A stretch of DNA of 64,000 nucleotides from Candidatus Limnocylindria bacterium (GCA_035489815.1 DATHJH010000012.1:1359-65358), one strand, 5' to 3'; positions 42,601 to 49,809 are shown, numbered from the stretch's first letter. The notes: generated by a model not told the origin, from the letters alone. Numbers and translations: made by a program.

Positions 42601-44339
42601 CAATCAGTACCGGCATGGAATGTATTAGTTACCAATAAAATCTTGCCGGGGTCGGTTACGGGATCAGACTGATATTCGGTAGTGCCATTTCCAAAAGAGG
42701 CACGAACATCAACGTCAACACTGTCAGTTGAATGCAGGTAGCCTGTCAGGACCATGGCGTTAAACTGTACGTCAGAGTTAGTTGCGATGTCCTGGGGTGT
42801 AGACAGAGTGATCGTAGTCCCTCCGCTTACCACGCTTATTTGATTGGCGGTACCCTGCAGGGTCAAAGCGCCAGTGAGGCTATTGACGCTGGAAACCCCG
42901 CTACCGCCCGGACAGGCCTGCCAGGATGGAGCACCAGCATTACTCATGAAACAAAGCCCTGCACCCCCAGAGGCTACAGATGTTATTGCGCCCGCTCCAT
43001 TACCCAAAAGAACACCGTTGGCAGTAAGTGAAGCAGCCCCCGTACCTCCGTTAGACACGGCGAGAGTGCCGGAAACATCGCTACTTCCCAGAGCGATTGC
43101 GCCAACACTTAGAAGCCCTCCAGTAGCACGCACGGGTCCACTTCCCAGTCCGCCCACCGTTAGGTCACCACTGACACTTGTGTCGCCACTGTTTGTAACC
43201 ACCAGTCTATCAACACCCCCGGACTGCATCTGTATGAGATGGCCTCCTCCAGTGTCATTAATAAAAATAGATACATCAGCACTCGAATCGTCCTGGGCTG
43301 AACCAGGCGCTAACAGAACAGGCGTAGCGCCCCCACCCCCACAATTGCCTTGGCTGGTACAGATGGTCTGTGCAGCGCCCCCGCCTCCCGGGAGCAGAAA
43401 AGTTCGACTACCGTCCGTAAAGAGTATGTTATCTGCACCAGCATTTATGACAAGGTCATTACCTGCTCCTGTCTGAGACCAACTGTTTGCCCGTATCTCT
43501 CCACCGGGGTCAATAGATAAGCTGCCAAATTGAACATTAGCGTTTGCATCAAGGTCCTGGGGTGTCGAAAGCGTAATGACACCATTTGCCGTACCCACCG
43601 TAATCTGGTTGAGTGAACCCTGGATAGTTACAGCACCATTTTGATTATTCAAAGAGGTCACACCCGCCGGCGGAATAACAATCTGGCCTAACTCTTCTTG
43701 AAGCTGGGTAATCTGGACAGTGTGCTGGGTTAGCTGCGTGTTCTGTTGCGCCAGATCGTCATTGGCGGCAAAATCACAGTTATTAACATCTAAGCAAACA
43801 ACTCCTGAGGCATTAGGAAGCGTGATCGTCCTGTCTGCGCTCAGAGCTTCCGTACGCAGAACCGACACAAAAGAATTCGAAACTACCTTGAGGTCGCCCC
43901 GGGCAATAATATCCCCGTTGACCAACAACGAGTCTTCTTCCCCTTGTAGCTCAAGAAGATTAGTTTCTGGTAGAGGATTGTCAATAGAAACAGCCTGGGT
44001 GGGCACATTGCGCTCCACGACGGAGTTATCCTGGGTCCTTTTTCTAACAACGTAGGCAATGGCAACCCCGGTGACAAACACGACTAATAGCGTAATGAAG
44101 AGGGATATCAGGGCGGCTTTGCGTCGAGACACAGGGTTGCCACGAATTCCAGTGGAAACTGTTGCTCCCCTTTGGGAAACTGCGCTCCCTTCGTTGCGTA
44201 CTTCTAATGTTTCAATAGGATATGTTTTTTGTGCAAGCGAATAACTAGACACAGGTGCGCTGGCATCTGCACTATCAAGAGATTCCGATGCATCACTTCC
44301 GGGCATCGGCTGAGCTGGTGGAAGGGAGTTTTCTTCCAT
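36657..44339 (-). CDS. giant membrane-anchored fibre protein with tail-fibre-like repeat modules and C-terminal right-handed beta-helix (pectate-lyase/tailspike-like) domain
   Basis: 2560 aa. N-terminal cytoplasmic region of about 70 aa plus a TM (aa 75-99). Short coiled coil (aa 194-220). Repeated modules (SLNxxxGAxTxQG, YxLTLPxAVGxAxQCLKAQDGTGTLFWDxC, PxFAGLTLxGNLxxGxNTxQGTxAAIDxTNFDV). Aa 2045-2420 (nt 37080-38207) has AADYVADGTGDQVEINAALTAAAGGEVHLMPGTY followed by PbH1-type turns (NNTITGNTAQGNGSFGF, NNTFAGNNAQGNGDDGF, NNTFTGNTSQGNTGDGF...). Confidence 0.85.
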   Translation of the reverse strand: MEENSLPPAQPMPGSDASESLDSADASAPVSSYSLAQKTYPIETLEVRNEGSAVSQRGATVSTGIRGNPVSRRKAALISLFITLLVVFVTGVAIAYVVRKRTQDNSVVERNVPTQAVSIDNPLPETNLLELQGEEDSLLVNGDIIARGDLKVVSNSFVSVLRTEALSADRTITLPNASGVVCLDVNNCDFAANDDLAQQNTQLTQHTVQITQLQEELGQIVIPPAGVTSLNNQNGAVTIQGSLNQITVGTANGVITLSTPQDLDANANVQFGSLSIDPGGEIRANSWSQTGAGNDLVINAGADNILFTDGSRTFLLPGGGGAAQTICTSQGNCGGGGATPVLLAPGSAQDDSSADVSIFINDTGGGHLIQMQSGGVDRLVVTNSGDTSVSGDLTVGGLGSGPVRATGGLLSVGAIALGSSDVSGTLAVSNGGTGAASLTANGVLLGNGAGAITSVASGGAGLCFMSNAGAPSWQACPGGSGVSSVNSLTGALTLQGTANQISVVSGGTTITLSTPQDIATNSDVQFNAMVLTGYLHSTDSVDVDVRASFGNGTTEYQSDPVTDPGKILLVTNTFHAGTDCLNGCSGVMSAVELGTATNPTMLSAYRGAVNIDTGQSLTSAAGLYVETPNIEAGGSIGTSYGVYVETLNNAGANVGLYVQSASTYGIWVDAGLTRLDGGVSLGGANPIEIEGATDNAFETTLGVVDPTADRAITFPDLDGTVCLDSGNCLGGAGGAPNNAAYLTIGNNATLSGERAIAVNATNLAFTDGGANGSYTINTVQNIATTSTPTFAGLTLNGNLNIGANTIQGTAAAIDFTNFDVSSAGAVTAVGVNAGSGLLQGTGGLTVGGTVTLSNLTNGFLEVNGAGVVSVGTINLGADTTGDYTANLGALTGLSTTGNSGEGNTPTLSVLYGSGANTAVEGDTGITVNAGTNLTGGGSITLGAGGSVTVNVADSPTFAGDVVIQGGDLTLGTATDPAVFTLHDGDGETIAFDLPDVSASYVLTLPTAVGSANQCLKAQDGTGTLFWDDCTGGAGGGLDGSGTLNRIAKFTPDGTTVGDSSLSDNGSVVTVNGNVNLAVQGTTLTVGVGSTRTGSIVLNNSTNNNTVTVQSGVTGASYALTLPTAVGSANQCLKAQDGTGTLFWDDCLGGGGGGGGITSLDGQTGPSITINNATGAGNIITIDDALADGATKGIAAFNATNFTAAGGVIDTVQGISTSAAPQFAGLTLTGNLSLGANTLQGTTAAIDFTNFDVAGNGNTTVGGTLIATGLTTLNGGLTVQTGDTFTFNGDAFTDLTGNGLQVSTGVLTLALEADKGLEVDVDGLSLIDCADGEILKYETTGNTWACASDGAGSGVTGIGTINSQTKSADGAVISGSNLVLQTADATFPGLVSTGVQTFAGAKTFNGQVIAGAGIDLGSQTLQGTTAVIDFTNFDVSSGGTVTAAGDMVIQGGDLTVGTASQTASLLLHDGDGETITFALPDVSASYALTLPAAVGAADQCLKAQDGTGTLFWDNCLGGIGGGGITSVDGQTGPSVAINNATGAANVITIDNAAADGTTKGIVAFNATNFSASSGVVNTVQGISTAATPQFAGLTLTGNLSIGTNTIQGTTAAIDLTNFDVLGNGNTTIGGTLGVSGASVTVGTASTSNGALVLQNATNALTVTLNAPNQLTGSTTISFPNTGADTADTVCLQDVNNCAGTPQNTFGTINAPNGTDPAADTASDTLNLADGDNITITGDSGTDTITVATVQNPTFTTSVTTPSLLSAGALSIASGAGGDITINGADELIVQDAAVFNAQASFMGALGVAGLTTLSGGLTIDPGDTFTFNSDAFTDLTGNGLQVTANALTLDATVSGDGLSATTSSGSGMEVLASGLTLLQGCADSDVLKWNETTDLWGCAVDNGGTNPWATDTGVVNLVTDGNTVTIGSATGGGKLFVDGDANEIQLQVQAVAGQSANILVVQDAAGTTDYLTVQGDGDVVLAAGKSLTITGGNTASRPGSPTEGMMYFDTTTNSILVYKEIAPGSGTFKWQGDRTTATKIVAANNSSQTDKDAADYVADGTGDQVEINAALTAAAGGEVHLMPGTYVAASSILVPNNTILSGAGRGTLVEMADLNGGDDELISNSDTNEGTATGVVVRDMRLDGRKDINTSGLQVGVYFQNMGDGTGSSALPGGKIIGLWISDFRSEGIFLFQSENGTLSDNVMHDNAVGMIVHRSSSNNTITGNTAQGNGSFGFYLQRDALNNTFAGNNAQGNGDDGFNVHDNSSNNTFTGNTSQGNTGDGFETRDDNPSVGNTFTGNTMQGNAQYGINIFGSNTNNASMVVTGNSIKDNAVGGINIFNSHDNLISDNKIHANGGTTTNNGIRTASADNNTITGNSITDTSCTTNCYAINISDSTSDNNYLGGNTIDTGTILDSDTGTIYGGQLNDNGDFRVGRTDLFLDSKLILGVDGRTIADNGGGTNATLTLNPASAYVEITCNDATGCNVTMDETGPPLEGTTAFIVMLTAGGTTGTNFADTANISELAGACSAKQYDSISMIYTGDRWIELSRSDNFGNGVGTCS
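39480..40010 (-). repeat. internal coding repeat, copy B (aa 1444-1620 of the 2560-aa protein)
   Basis: Its N-part matches aa 959-1035 (nt 41235-41465). Its C-part matches aa 1113-1252 (nt 40584-41003) at roughly four-fifths amino-acid identity by eye. The DNA is visibly diverged at synonymous sites. Confidence 0.8.
40584..41003 (-). repeat. internal coding repeat, copy A (aa 1113-1252 of the 2560-aa protein)
   Basis: ASYALTLPTAVGSANQCLKAQDGTGTLFWDDCLGGGGGGGGITSLDGQTGPSITINNATG...AAIDFTNFDV parallels copy B. Confidence 0.8.
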
Positions 44340-44422
44340 AATGTATTTTGAATTTTTGTTTGGGCTACCCCTGTGGATAGTTAAAGTGTCTTTCCTGCGA
44401 GTAAAGACACTGTCCCACTTCT

Positions 44423-44451
44423 ATTGTATGTGAGTACAATATTTAATACAA
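44423..44451 (-). promoter_or_regulatory. candidate promoter for the 2560-aa gene
   Basis: Minus strand: TTGTAT (44446-44451), 17-nt spacer, TACAAT (44423-44428). A 9-bp hairpin AGTGTCTTT/AAAGACACT (44385-44411) would sit at the 5-prime end of the transcript. Confidence 0.35.
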
Positions 44452-44527
44452 CATACATGAATCTGGTTTTGTCATCTTACCTGTGGAAAGCTTTACCTGG
44501 AAGGTCCTCCAGCGAAGCCTATCTGCC

Positions 44528-45355
44528 CTAAATCCACAAAATGGCATAGATAGCAGCTATCCCAATCCCCAAAACTATTATGGCTATCCCCACGACCCTG
44601 ACCATCTCCTTTCGGATGACTTGGTGAGCCATAGGATTGCGGCCGAGCGCCGTAATCGCACTTGATATTGCGCCGTAAATGATCCCGCCTTCAGCAACCA
44701 GTACAATCAAAAAGATAACCAGAGCCGCCAGGACTTGAATCTCGCCCACATCCTTGCCTACAATAGCCCGGCCAAGCCTTTCTAAAGAGGAGTCTGTAGC
44801 ACTCGACTGTTGATTTGAAGCAGCTTTATGGTCCAGGTTTATTCGTATTTGGTCGATCTTTGTTTCTTTCGATACCCCCGCCTCTTGAATAGTTTGGGTC
44901 TCGGCAGCGTTTTCATCAAAATCTTCTATGGCAATACCGACAATAGGCGCAGTGCTCTCATCGGCCTTCATGAGTATGCCCAGGAGCGGTGACGGTGCTA
45001 AAAGGTCACCCTTCTTTACGTCCCCATTCAGGCTCGCCACAAAAACCGTGGCTTCGCCAGTTGTTTGCACAAAAACTTTTGATTTGCTGGATCCCACTGT
45101 AATCAATTGACTGTCGGCAGTGGTACTGACCCCTATTACTTTTGCCTCCTTATCGAGCGCCGCCCGTTCAACCTTGGGCTCGGCCGGAGTACTCGACTCA
45201 CTCAGTGCTACAACCATACCGGCTATGAGACCCGTATCATCCGTAGCATACCCGTTAGCAAGGGCAGATACGGGGTATAAGGTAGTTGCAATAACCGTGC
45301 AGGCCAAGGTCACCCACACCAGTAGCTGTCTTTTTCGATTATATAAGCTTCGCAT
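44528..45355 (-). CDS. hypothetical secreted/membrane protein (first gene of the giant-protein locus)
   Basis: 275 aa. N-terminal signal-like helix (LLVWVTLACTVIATTLYPVSALA), a soluble region of about 170 aa, and a C-terminal helical hairpin (two TMs joined by the ALGRNPMAHQ loop). Confidence 0.5.
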   Translation of the reverse strand: MRSLYNRKRQLLVWVTLACTVIATTLYPVSALANGYATDDTGLIAGMVVALSESSTPAEPKVERAALDKEAKVIGVSTTADSQLITVGSSKSKVFVQTTGEATVFVASLNGDVKKGDLLAPSPLLGILMKADESTAPIVGIAIEDFDENAAETQTIQEAGVSKETKIDQIRINLDHKAASNQQSSATDSSLERLGRAIVGKDVGEIQVLAALVIFLIVLVAEGGIIYGAISSAITALGRNPMAHQVIRKEMVRVVGIAIIVLGIGIAAIYAILWI

Positions 45356-45446
45356 TACAAATAGCCTTTAGCATTTTGTAGGTAAGTATGAAGCTGTTGG
45401 GCTGGGAAGACAAGCCCGCCCAGTAATTTAGGAATAACTTGCGAGT

Positions 45447-45476
45447 AAAAAAGAGCCCCCTCGGGGGCTCTTTTTT
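45447..45476 (-). terminator. intrinsic (bidirectional-looking) terminator of rplU
   Basis: 8-bp GC-rich stem AGAGCCCC/GGGGCTCT with a CTCG loop, flanked by A6 and T6. It starts at the rplU stop codon. Confidence 0.75.
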
Positions 45477-45783
45477 AGGCGATCTTCTTTATTTTGATGA
45501 CTGAATGACGCTGACGATGGCCGCGAATCTTGTGGACCCGTTTTTTGGCCTTATAGCGAATAGCTGTTACCTTCTCTGCTTTGACATCTGGTTCTATGAC
45601 ATCTACAGACACCTTTACGCCGGTTACCTCCGGCGCACCGACGATGGTTTTATCTCCGTCAATCACAAGAAGGGGGACGAGTGTTGCAGTTTTGCCTTCT
45701 TGCTTGAGTAGCTCAACTTCGAGAGTTTCACCTTCTGCGACGAGGTACTGCTTGCCACCTGTCGCAATTACAGCTTTTTTCAT
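45475..45783 (-). CDS. rplU: 50S ribosomal protein L21
   Basis: 102 aa. MKKAVIATGGKQYLVAEGETLEVE...KKRVHKIRGHRQ is the typical L21 pattern. Confidence 0.95.
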   Translation of the reverse strand: MKKAVIATGGKQYLVAEGETLEVELLKQEGKTATLVPLLVIDGDKTIVGAPEVTGVKVSVDVIEPDVKAEKVTAIRYKAKKRVHKIRGHRQRHSVIKIKKIA

Positions 45784-45827
45784 GAGTTGCCTTCTCTAAT
45801 TAGTTAGAATTTTTTAGTTACCGATAG

Positions 45828-45856
45828 ATCTTAACAGATAAGGGGCCTTCTGTCAA
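45828..45856 (-). promoter_or_regulatory. candidate sigma70-type promoter for rplU
   Basis: Minus strand: TTGACA (45851-45856), 17-nt spacer, TAAGAT (45828-45833). Confidence 0.45.
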
Positions 45857-45876
45857 AGCAGTTGCCGCTGTTCAAA

Positions 45877-46140
45877 CTACGCATTCAAATAGCCGGCAAC
45901 TTCTTCCATAAGGGGAAGATGTTCTCCCTGCCAATCCTTCAGCAGCTGCCCGTCATCCCGCAGAGTAAGGAGTGCCGGGTACTGGTTTATGCCATAAAGC
46001 CGCGCCATATCAGCTCCCGCTACCGTGTCCAGACTCAAAAGCTCAAGCGTCTTGCCTCTCTGGCGTTCGAAATCTCTTGCAAACTCCTCCACGATACGGG
46101 CAAACTCAGAGCCCGGACGATACAAAATCACAGCTTTCAT
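45877..46140 (-). CDS. thioredoxin-fold-like small protein lacking cysteines
   Basis: 87 aa with no Cys. YGINQYPALLTLRDDGQLL resembles the cis-Pro/beta3-beta4 region of thioredoxins. PGSE sits where CxxC would be. Lies immediately downstream of nrdJ on the same strand. Confidence 0.45.
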   Translation of the reverse strand: MKAVILYRPGSEFARIVEEFARDFERQRGKTLELLSLDTVAGADMARLYGINQYPALLTLRDDGQLLKDWQGEHLPLMEEVAGYLNA

Positions 46141-46165
46141 ATTTAAATTCTATCATCTATAGCCC

Positions 46166-48946
46166 TTAGCTGCAGCCGCTTGTGCTTCCACAGCTTGAAC
46201 AGACGTAACAGCTGCCTGCCCTTTGCGTTTGATTACCACAGTTAAAGCAGAGTGGTGCTGTGTCATCTGCTGTTGTGTTAATTACAGGCTGGACGGCTAC
46301 ATTCAGCTTTCTTTCACTTGATACTTGAGCGACTTGAGGTGCGGCTGCCACCTTATCGTCTATCTTTTCTCCAACGACTTCTTCGCCCAGAAGACTCACC
46401 TGCTCTTCTGGCATATCCTCTATCGAGGCTAAACCAAGTTCCAGGCGATCGTCAAACGACAAGTAATCCATAGCCAACCGGCGGACGATATAGTCTGTGA
46501 TAGAGCTGGCTGTACGAATCTCTTGATCGTCCGTAATACCTGCTGGCGCGTAGCTTGTACCACGCAGCGTCCTTACGTAGCTCTTCAGAGGTACACCATA
46601 TTGCAGCCCGTGGCTTACGGAGATGGCGAAGGAATCCATCAGTCCTGACAAAGTTGAGCCCTGTTTCGAGATATTCACGAACAACTCGCCCGGGTTTCCG
46701 TCGTCATATTCACCTACGGTGAAGAAACCATCCATGTCGGCAATCTCAAAATGATATGTGCGACTCTGGCGAACCCGTGGCAGTTTGCGGCGAATGGCGG
46801 TTCTAATAATTATTTTGTCGTTTGCTTCTGTAGCTGCTGCAGCTGGCTCAACCTTTTCACTGCCTGCTTTTTTAGCCATAGAAAGCGGCTGAGCTACCTT
46901 GCAGTTATCACGGTAGATGGCGACCGCCTTCAGGCCCAGCTTCCAGGATTCCATGTGCAGTTGCTCAACTTCCTCGATGGTAGCTTCCTCTGGCATATTA
47001 ACAGTCTTGCTAATCGCGCCAGACAAGAATGGTTGTACGGCTGACATCATTTTTACATGACCCATGTAGTGGATAGCGTTATCCCCCATAGAGCACGCGA
47101 AAACTGGTTCATGCTCCTTCTTAAGGTCGGGGGCGCCTAGTATAGTTTTTTCTACATCAATGTAGCTCACAATGTCGTCAACTTGGACCTTTGAGTAGCC
47201 GAGCTCTTTAAGCGCACGTGGAACGGTCTGGTTAACGATACTCATTGTTCCACCACCTACCAGTTTTTTGACCTTCACCAGACCCAGATCCGGCTCAATA
47301 CCAGTGGTATCACAGTCCATCATAAGCCCAATCGTTCCAGTTGGAGCTAGTACGCTCGCCTGCGAATTGCGAACACCGTATATTTCACTCAGTTCAACCG
47401 CATCATCCCAGGCTGCTGCTGCAGCGCTAAGCAGTTCTTCGCTTACCAGAGAGGCATCTATCCTGGATACTTCCTCCCTGTGCATGCGAAGTACCTGCAG
47501 CGTGCCGTCCCGATCCTTGTGGAAGCCAGCAAAAGGTCCCACCCGGTTTGCAATCTTTGCGCTTGTAGCATATGCCTGACCGGTCATGAGCGCAGTGATG
47601 GCAGCAGCAATTGCGCGGCCTTCATCAGAGTCATAGGGCAGACCCATAGCCATTAACAGTGCGCCAAGATTGGCATAGCCAAGGCCCAATTCCCGATATG
47701 CCTTGGCGTTTTTGGCAATACTCTCTGTGGGGTACTCACTGTAGCCAACCAGAATCTCCTGCGCAGTAAAAATCAGCTCTACTGTATGGATAAAAGACTT
47801 TACATCAAACGAACCATCTTCCTTCAGGTATTTCAGAAGGTTGATGCTTGCCAGGTTGCACGCAGAGTTATCCAGGTGCATGTACTCCGAGCACGGGTTA
47901 CTGCCGTTAATGCGCCCGGCGTTAGGAGTAGTATGCCATCTGTTTATAGTCGTGTCGAACTGCATACCCGGGTCTGCACACTCCCACGCTGCCTCTGCAA
48001 TTTGCCGGAACAAGTCCCGGGCCTTTACCGTCTTAACTGGTTTGCCTGTTGTAACTGCAATAAGCTCCCAGTTAGCGTTGGCTTCGACTGCCTCCATAAA
48101 CTCATCAGTTACCCTGACTGAGTTATTAGCATTTTGGTACTGTATAGAGTGGATATCTTTACCATCAAGAGACATGTCCCAGCCAGCAGCCTCAAGATCA
48201 CGAGCTTTGCGTTCCTCGCGGGCTTTTGCCCAAATAAACTCATCAATATCGGGGTGACTGGCATTCATAATAACCATCTTGGCCGCACGACGGGTCTTGC
48301 CCCCGCTCTTAATAGCACCGGCCGATGCATCAGCTCCACGCATAAAACTCAGCGGCCCGGAAGCCGAACCAGCACTCTTGCCAAGTGGTTCAACCGATGA
48401 GCGAATGCTACTGATATTTATACCGGCCCCGGACCCGCCCTTGAAAATCATGCCCTCTTCTTTATACCAGTTCAGAATGGAAGGCATCGTGTCTTCTACG
48501 GCTAGAATAAAGCATGCGCTTGCTTGCTGTGCGCGCTCGGGGACGCCTATATTGAACCAGACCGGAGAGTTAAAGGCAGCCCGCTGGGTGGCAAGAATGT
48601 ACTTCAGCTCCTCACGGTAATCTTCCGCTTCAACCTCTGACTCAAAGTAGCCCTCTTGCAGACCTTGCCGGGTAACAGTATCGGCAACCCGGTCAACGAG
48701 CTCTCTAAGAGAACTTTCCCGCTCATTCGTGCCAGGGGTACCAGTGAAATATTTTTGCGCCACAATGTTAATAGAGTTGAGGGACCAGCCTTCCGGGAAT
48801 TCGACATCCTTCTGCTCAAAGACCGGCTTGCCAGTCATTGGGTTCTTAATCACCGAATCACGCTTGACCCACTTAAGCTGATCATACGCCTTGGTTTTAG
48901 GGGACGTCAGTAGACGCCTGTGTCCCAGGATTGCTGTTTCTCCCAT
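46166..48946 (-). CDS. nrdJ: class II (adenosylcobalamin-dependent) ribonucleotide reductase
   Basis: 926 aa. Typical NrdJ core (NPCSEY, GGGTMS context, SKTVNMP) and a Cys-rich C-terminal tail CFNCGNQTQRAGSCYVCSSCGSTSGCS. Confidence 0.95.
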   Translation of the reverse strand: MGETAILGHRRLLTSPKTKAYDQLKWVKRDSVIKNPMTGKPVFEQKDVEFPEGWSLNSINIVAQKYFTGTPGTNERESSLRELVDRVADTVTRQGLQEGYFESEVEAEDYREELKYILATQRAAFNSPVWFNIGVPERAQQASACFILAVEDTMPSILNWYKEEGMIFKGGSGAGINISSIRSSVEPLGKSAGSASGPLSFMRGADASAGAIKSGGKTRRAAKMVIMNASHPDIDEFIWAKAREERKARDLEAAGWDMSLDGKDIHSIQYQNANNSVRVTDEFMEAVEANANWELIAVTTGKPVKTVKARDLFRQIAEAAWECADPGMQFDTTINRWHTTPNAGRINGSNPCSEYMHLDNSACNLASINLLKYLKEDGSFDVKSFIHTVELIFTAQEILVGYSEYPTESIAKNAKAYRELGLGYANLGALLMAMGLPYDSDEGRAIAAAITALMTGQAYATSAKIANRVGPFAGFHKDRDGTLQVLRMHREEVSRIDASLVSEELLSAAAAAWDDAVELSEIYGVRNSQASVLAPTGTIGLMMDCDTTGIEPDLGLVKVKKLVGGGTMSIVNQTVPRALKELGYSKVQVDDIVSYIDVEKTILGAPDLKKEHEPVFACSMGDNAIHYMGHVKMMSAVQPFLSGAISKTVNMPEEATIEEVEQLHMESWKLGLKAVAIYRDNCKVAQPLSMAKKAGSEKVEPAAAATEANDKIIIRTAIRRKLPRVRQSRTYHFEIADMDGFFTVGEYDDGNPGELFVNISKQGSTLSGLMDSFAISVSHGLQYGVPLKSYVRTLRGTSYAPAGITDDQEIRTASSITDYIVRRLAMDYLSFDDRLELGLASIEDMPEEQVSLLGEEVVGEKIDDKVAAAPQVAQVSSERKLNVAVQPVINTTADDTAPLCFNCGNQTQRAGSCYVCSSCGSTSGCS

Positions 48947-49132
48947 ATACCTACCCTCACTTTATGTGGTGCCGAAAACAAACCGTCCATCACTCGGCAA
49001 CCGTTGATTAGTTTTATTATTAAAGTTTTTATTTAGAGATCTCGCCGCCAGTGTCACTCTCAAGGATTGGCCGATACTCCCCTCGAACCTCAACGCTCGC
49101 TTGCCTTAAGAGCCGGGGAGAGTCGTCAAGGC

Positions 49133-49606
49133 CTAGACCTTGACGGGGTGGGTTTTTCGCTCCCTGATTTGAAGCAGTTCGCGTTCGAACCCGGCAATAT
49201 CCTTAAATCGACGGTACACACTGGCAAAGCGTACATAGGCCACCTCATTCAGCGGTGCGAGGCGTTCCATAACCATATCGCCAATTTTTGCAGTAGGAGT
49301 CTCCTGTTCGCCGCAAGCGTATATCTGGTGCTCAATGTCTGCCACCAAACGCTCAAGCTGCAGACTCGTTACTTGCGTCTTTTCGCACGCCCGGTACAAA
49401 CCCGCCAAGAGCTTGTCACGATTGAACAGCTCCCTGGTACCGTCGTTCTTAATCACAATAATCTGCGGACGCTCTAAGCGCTCATAGGTAGTAAATCGGT
49501 AATGACAGTTCGTGCATGCACGGCGGCGGCGAACCGCTTCTCCGTCAGCTACGTCTCGCGACTCTATGACTTTCGTGTCAACCTGATAGCATTGGCTGCA
49601 TTTCAT
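49133..49606 (-). CDS. nrdR: transcriptional repressor NrdR
   Basis: Start trimmed to MKCSQCYQVDTKVIESR (zinc ribbon CxxC...CxxC), preceded by AAGGAGG. ATP-cone follows. 157 aa. Confidence 0.9.
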   Translation of the reverse strand: MKCSQCYQVDTKVIESRDVADGEAVRRRRACTNCHYRFTTYERLERPQIIVIKNDGTRELFNRDKLLAGLYRACEKTQVTSLQLERLVADIEHQIYACGEQETPTAKIGDMVMERLAPLNEVAYVRFASVYRRFKDIAGFERELLQIRERKTHPVKV

Positions 49607-49734
49607 TCTATCGCATACCTCCTTAGCTTCCCACATCCAAGCTACAGAGGCATCAGGCGTTATAACCCTTAGCTTCTCATGCTCCAGATGTGCAAATCTT
49701 TTACTCATCTGAATGTACGATCGCTACGCATCTG

Positions 49735-49782
49735 AACCATATATAGCGTCTATGTTTCTAAGGATAGCCCTAGCTATAGCGC
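49735..49782 (-). promoter_or_regulatory. two candidate NrdR boxes overlapping a candidate nrdR-nrdJ promoter
   Basis: Minus strand GCGCTATAGCTAGGGC (49767-49782) and ACGCTATATATGGTTC (49735-49750), centres 33 bp apart. Both fit the remembered consensus acaCwAtATaTwGtgt at most conserved positions. The upstream box lies between TTGCCA and TATCCT. Confidence 0.5.
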
Positions 49783-49809
49783 TTTGGCAAGTAAAATGTG
49801 GTGTATTAT

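Noticed and set aside
24871-44339. Possibility of a diversity-generating retroelement targeting the giant surface proteins
   Set aside because: No reverse transcriptase gene is in the window. I saw no template/variable repeat pair with adenine-specific differences, and no C-type-lectin-like variable terminus.
44528-44730. C-terminal two-helix hairpin of the 275-aa protein resembling ATP synthase subunit c
   Set aside because: The similarity is limited to topology and a G-R-N-P loop. The essential membrane carboxylate is absent and there are no other atp genes nearby.
48947-49132. Cobalamin riboswitch upstream of the B12-dependent nrdJ
   Set aside because: The region has some stem-loops (CTCCCC...GGGGAG), but I found no B12-box (GCCACTG context) on either strand. 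The sequences present are GCCAGTG and CACTGGC, which do not match.
49607-49708. N-terminal extensions in the ORF track for nrdR (49607-49708), ftsA (52489-52614), tsf (13990-14052), the NYN gene (5213-5422), rpmE (14926-14979) and parA (23725-23745)
   Set aside because: The internal starts match the canonical family N-termini and have a better SD or promoter context. Several of the extensions also overlap upstream genes or structured intergenic elements.
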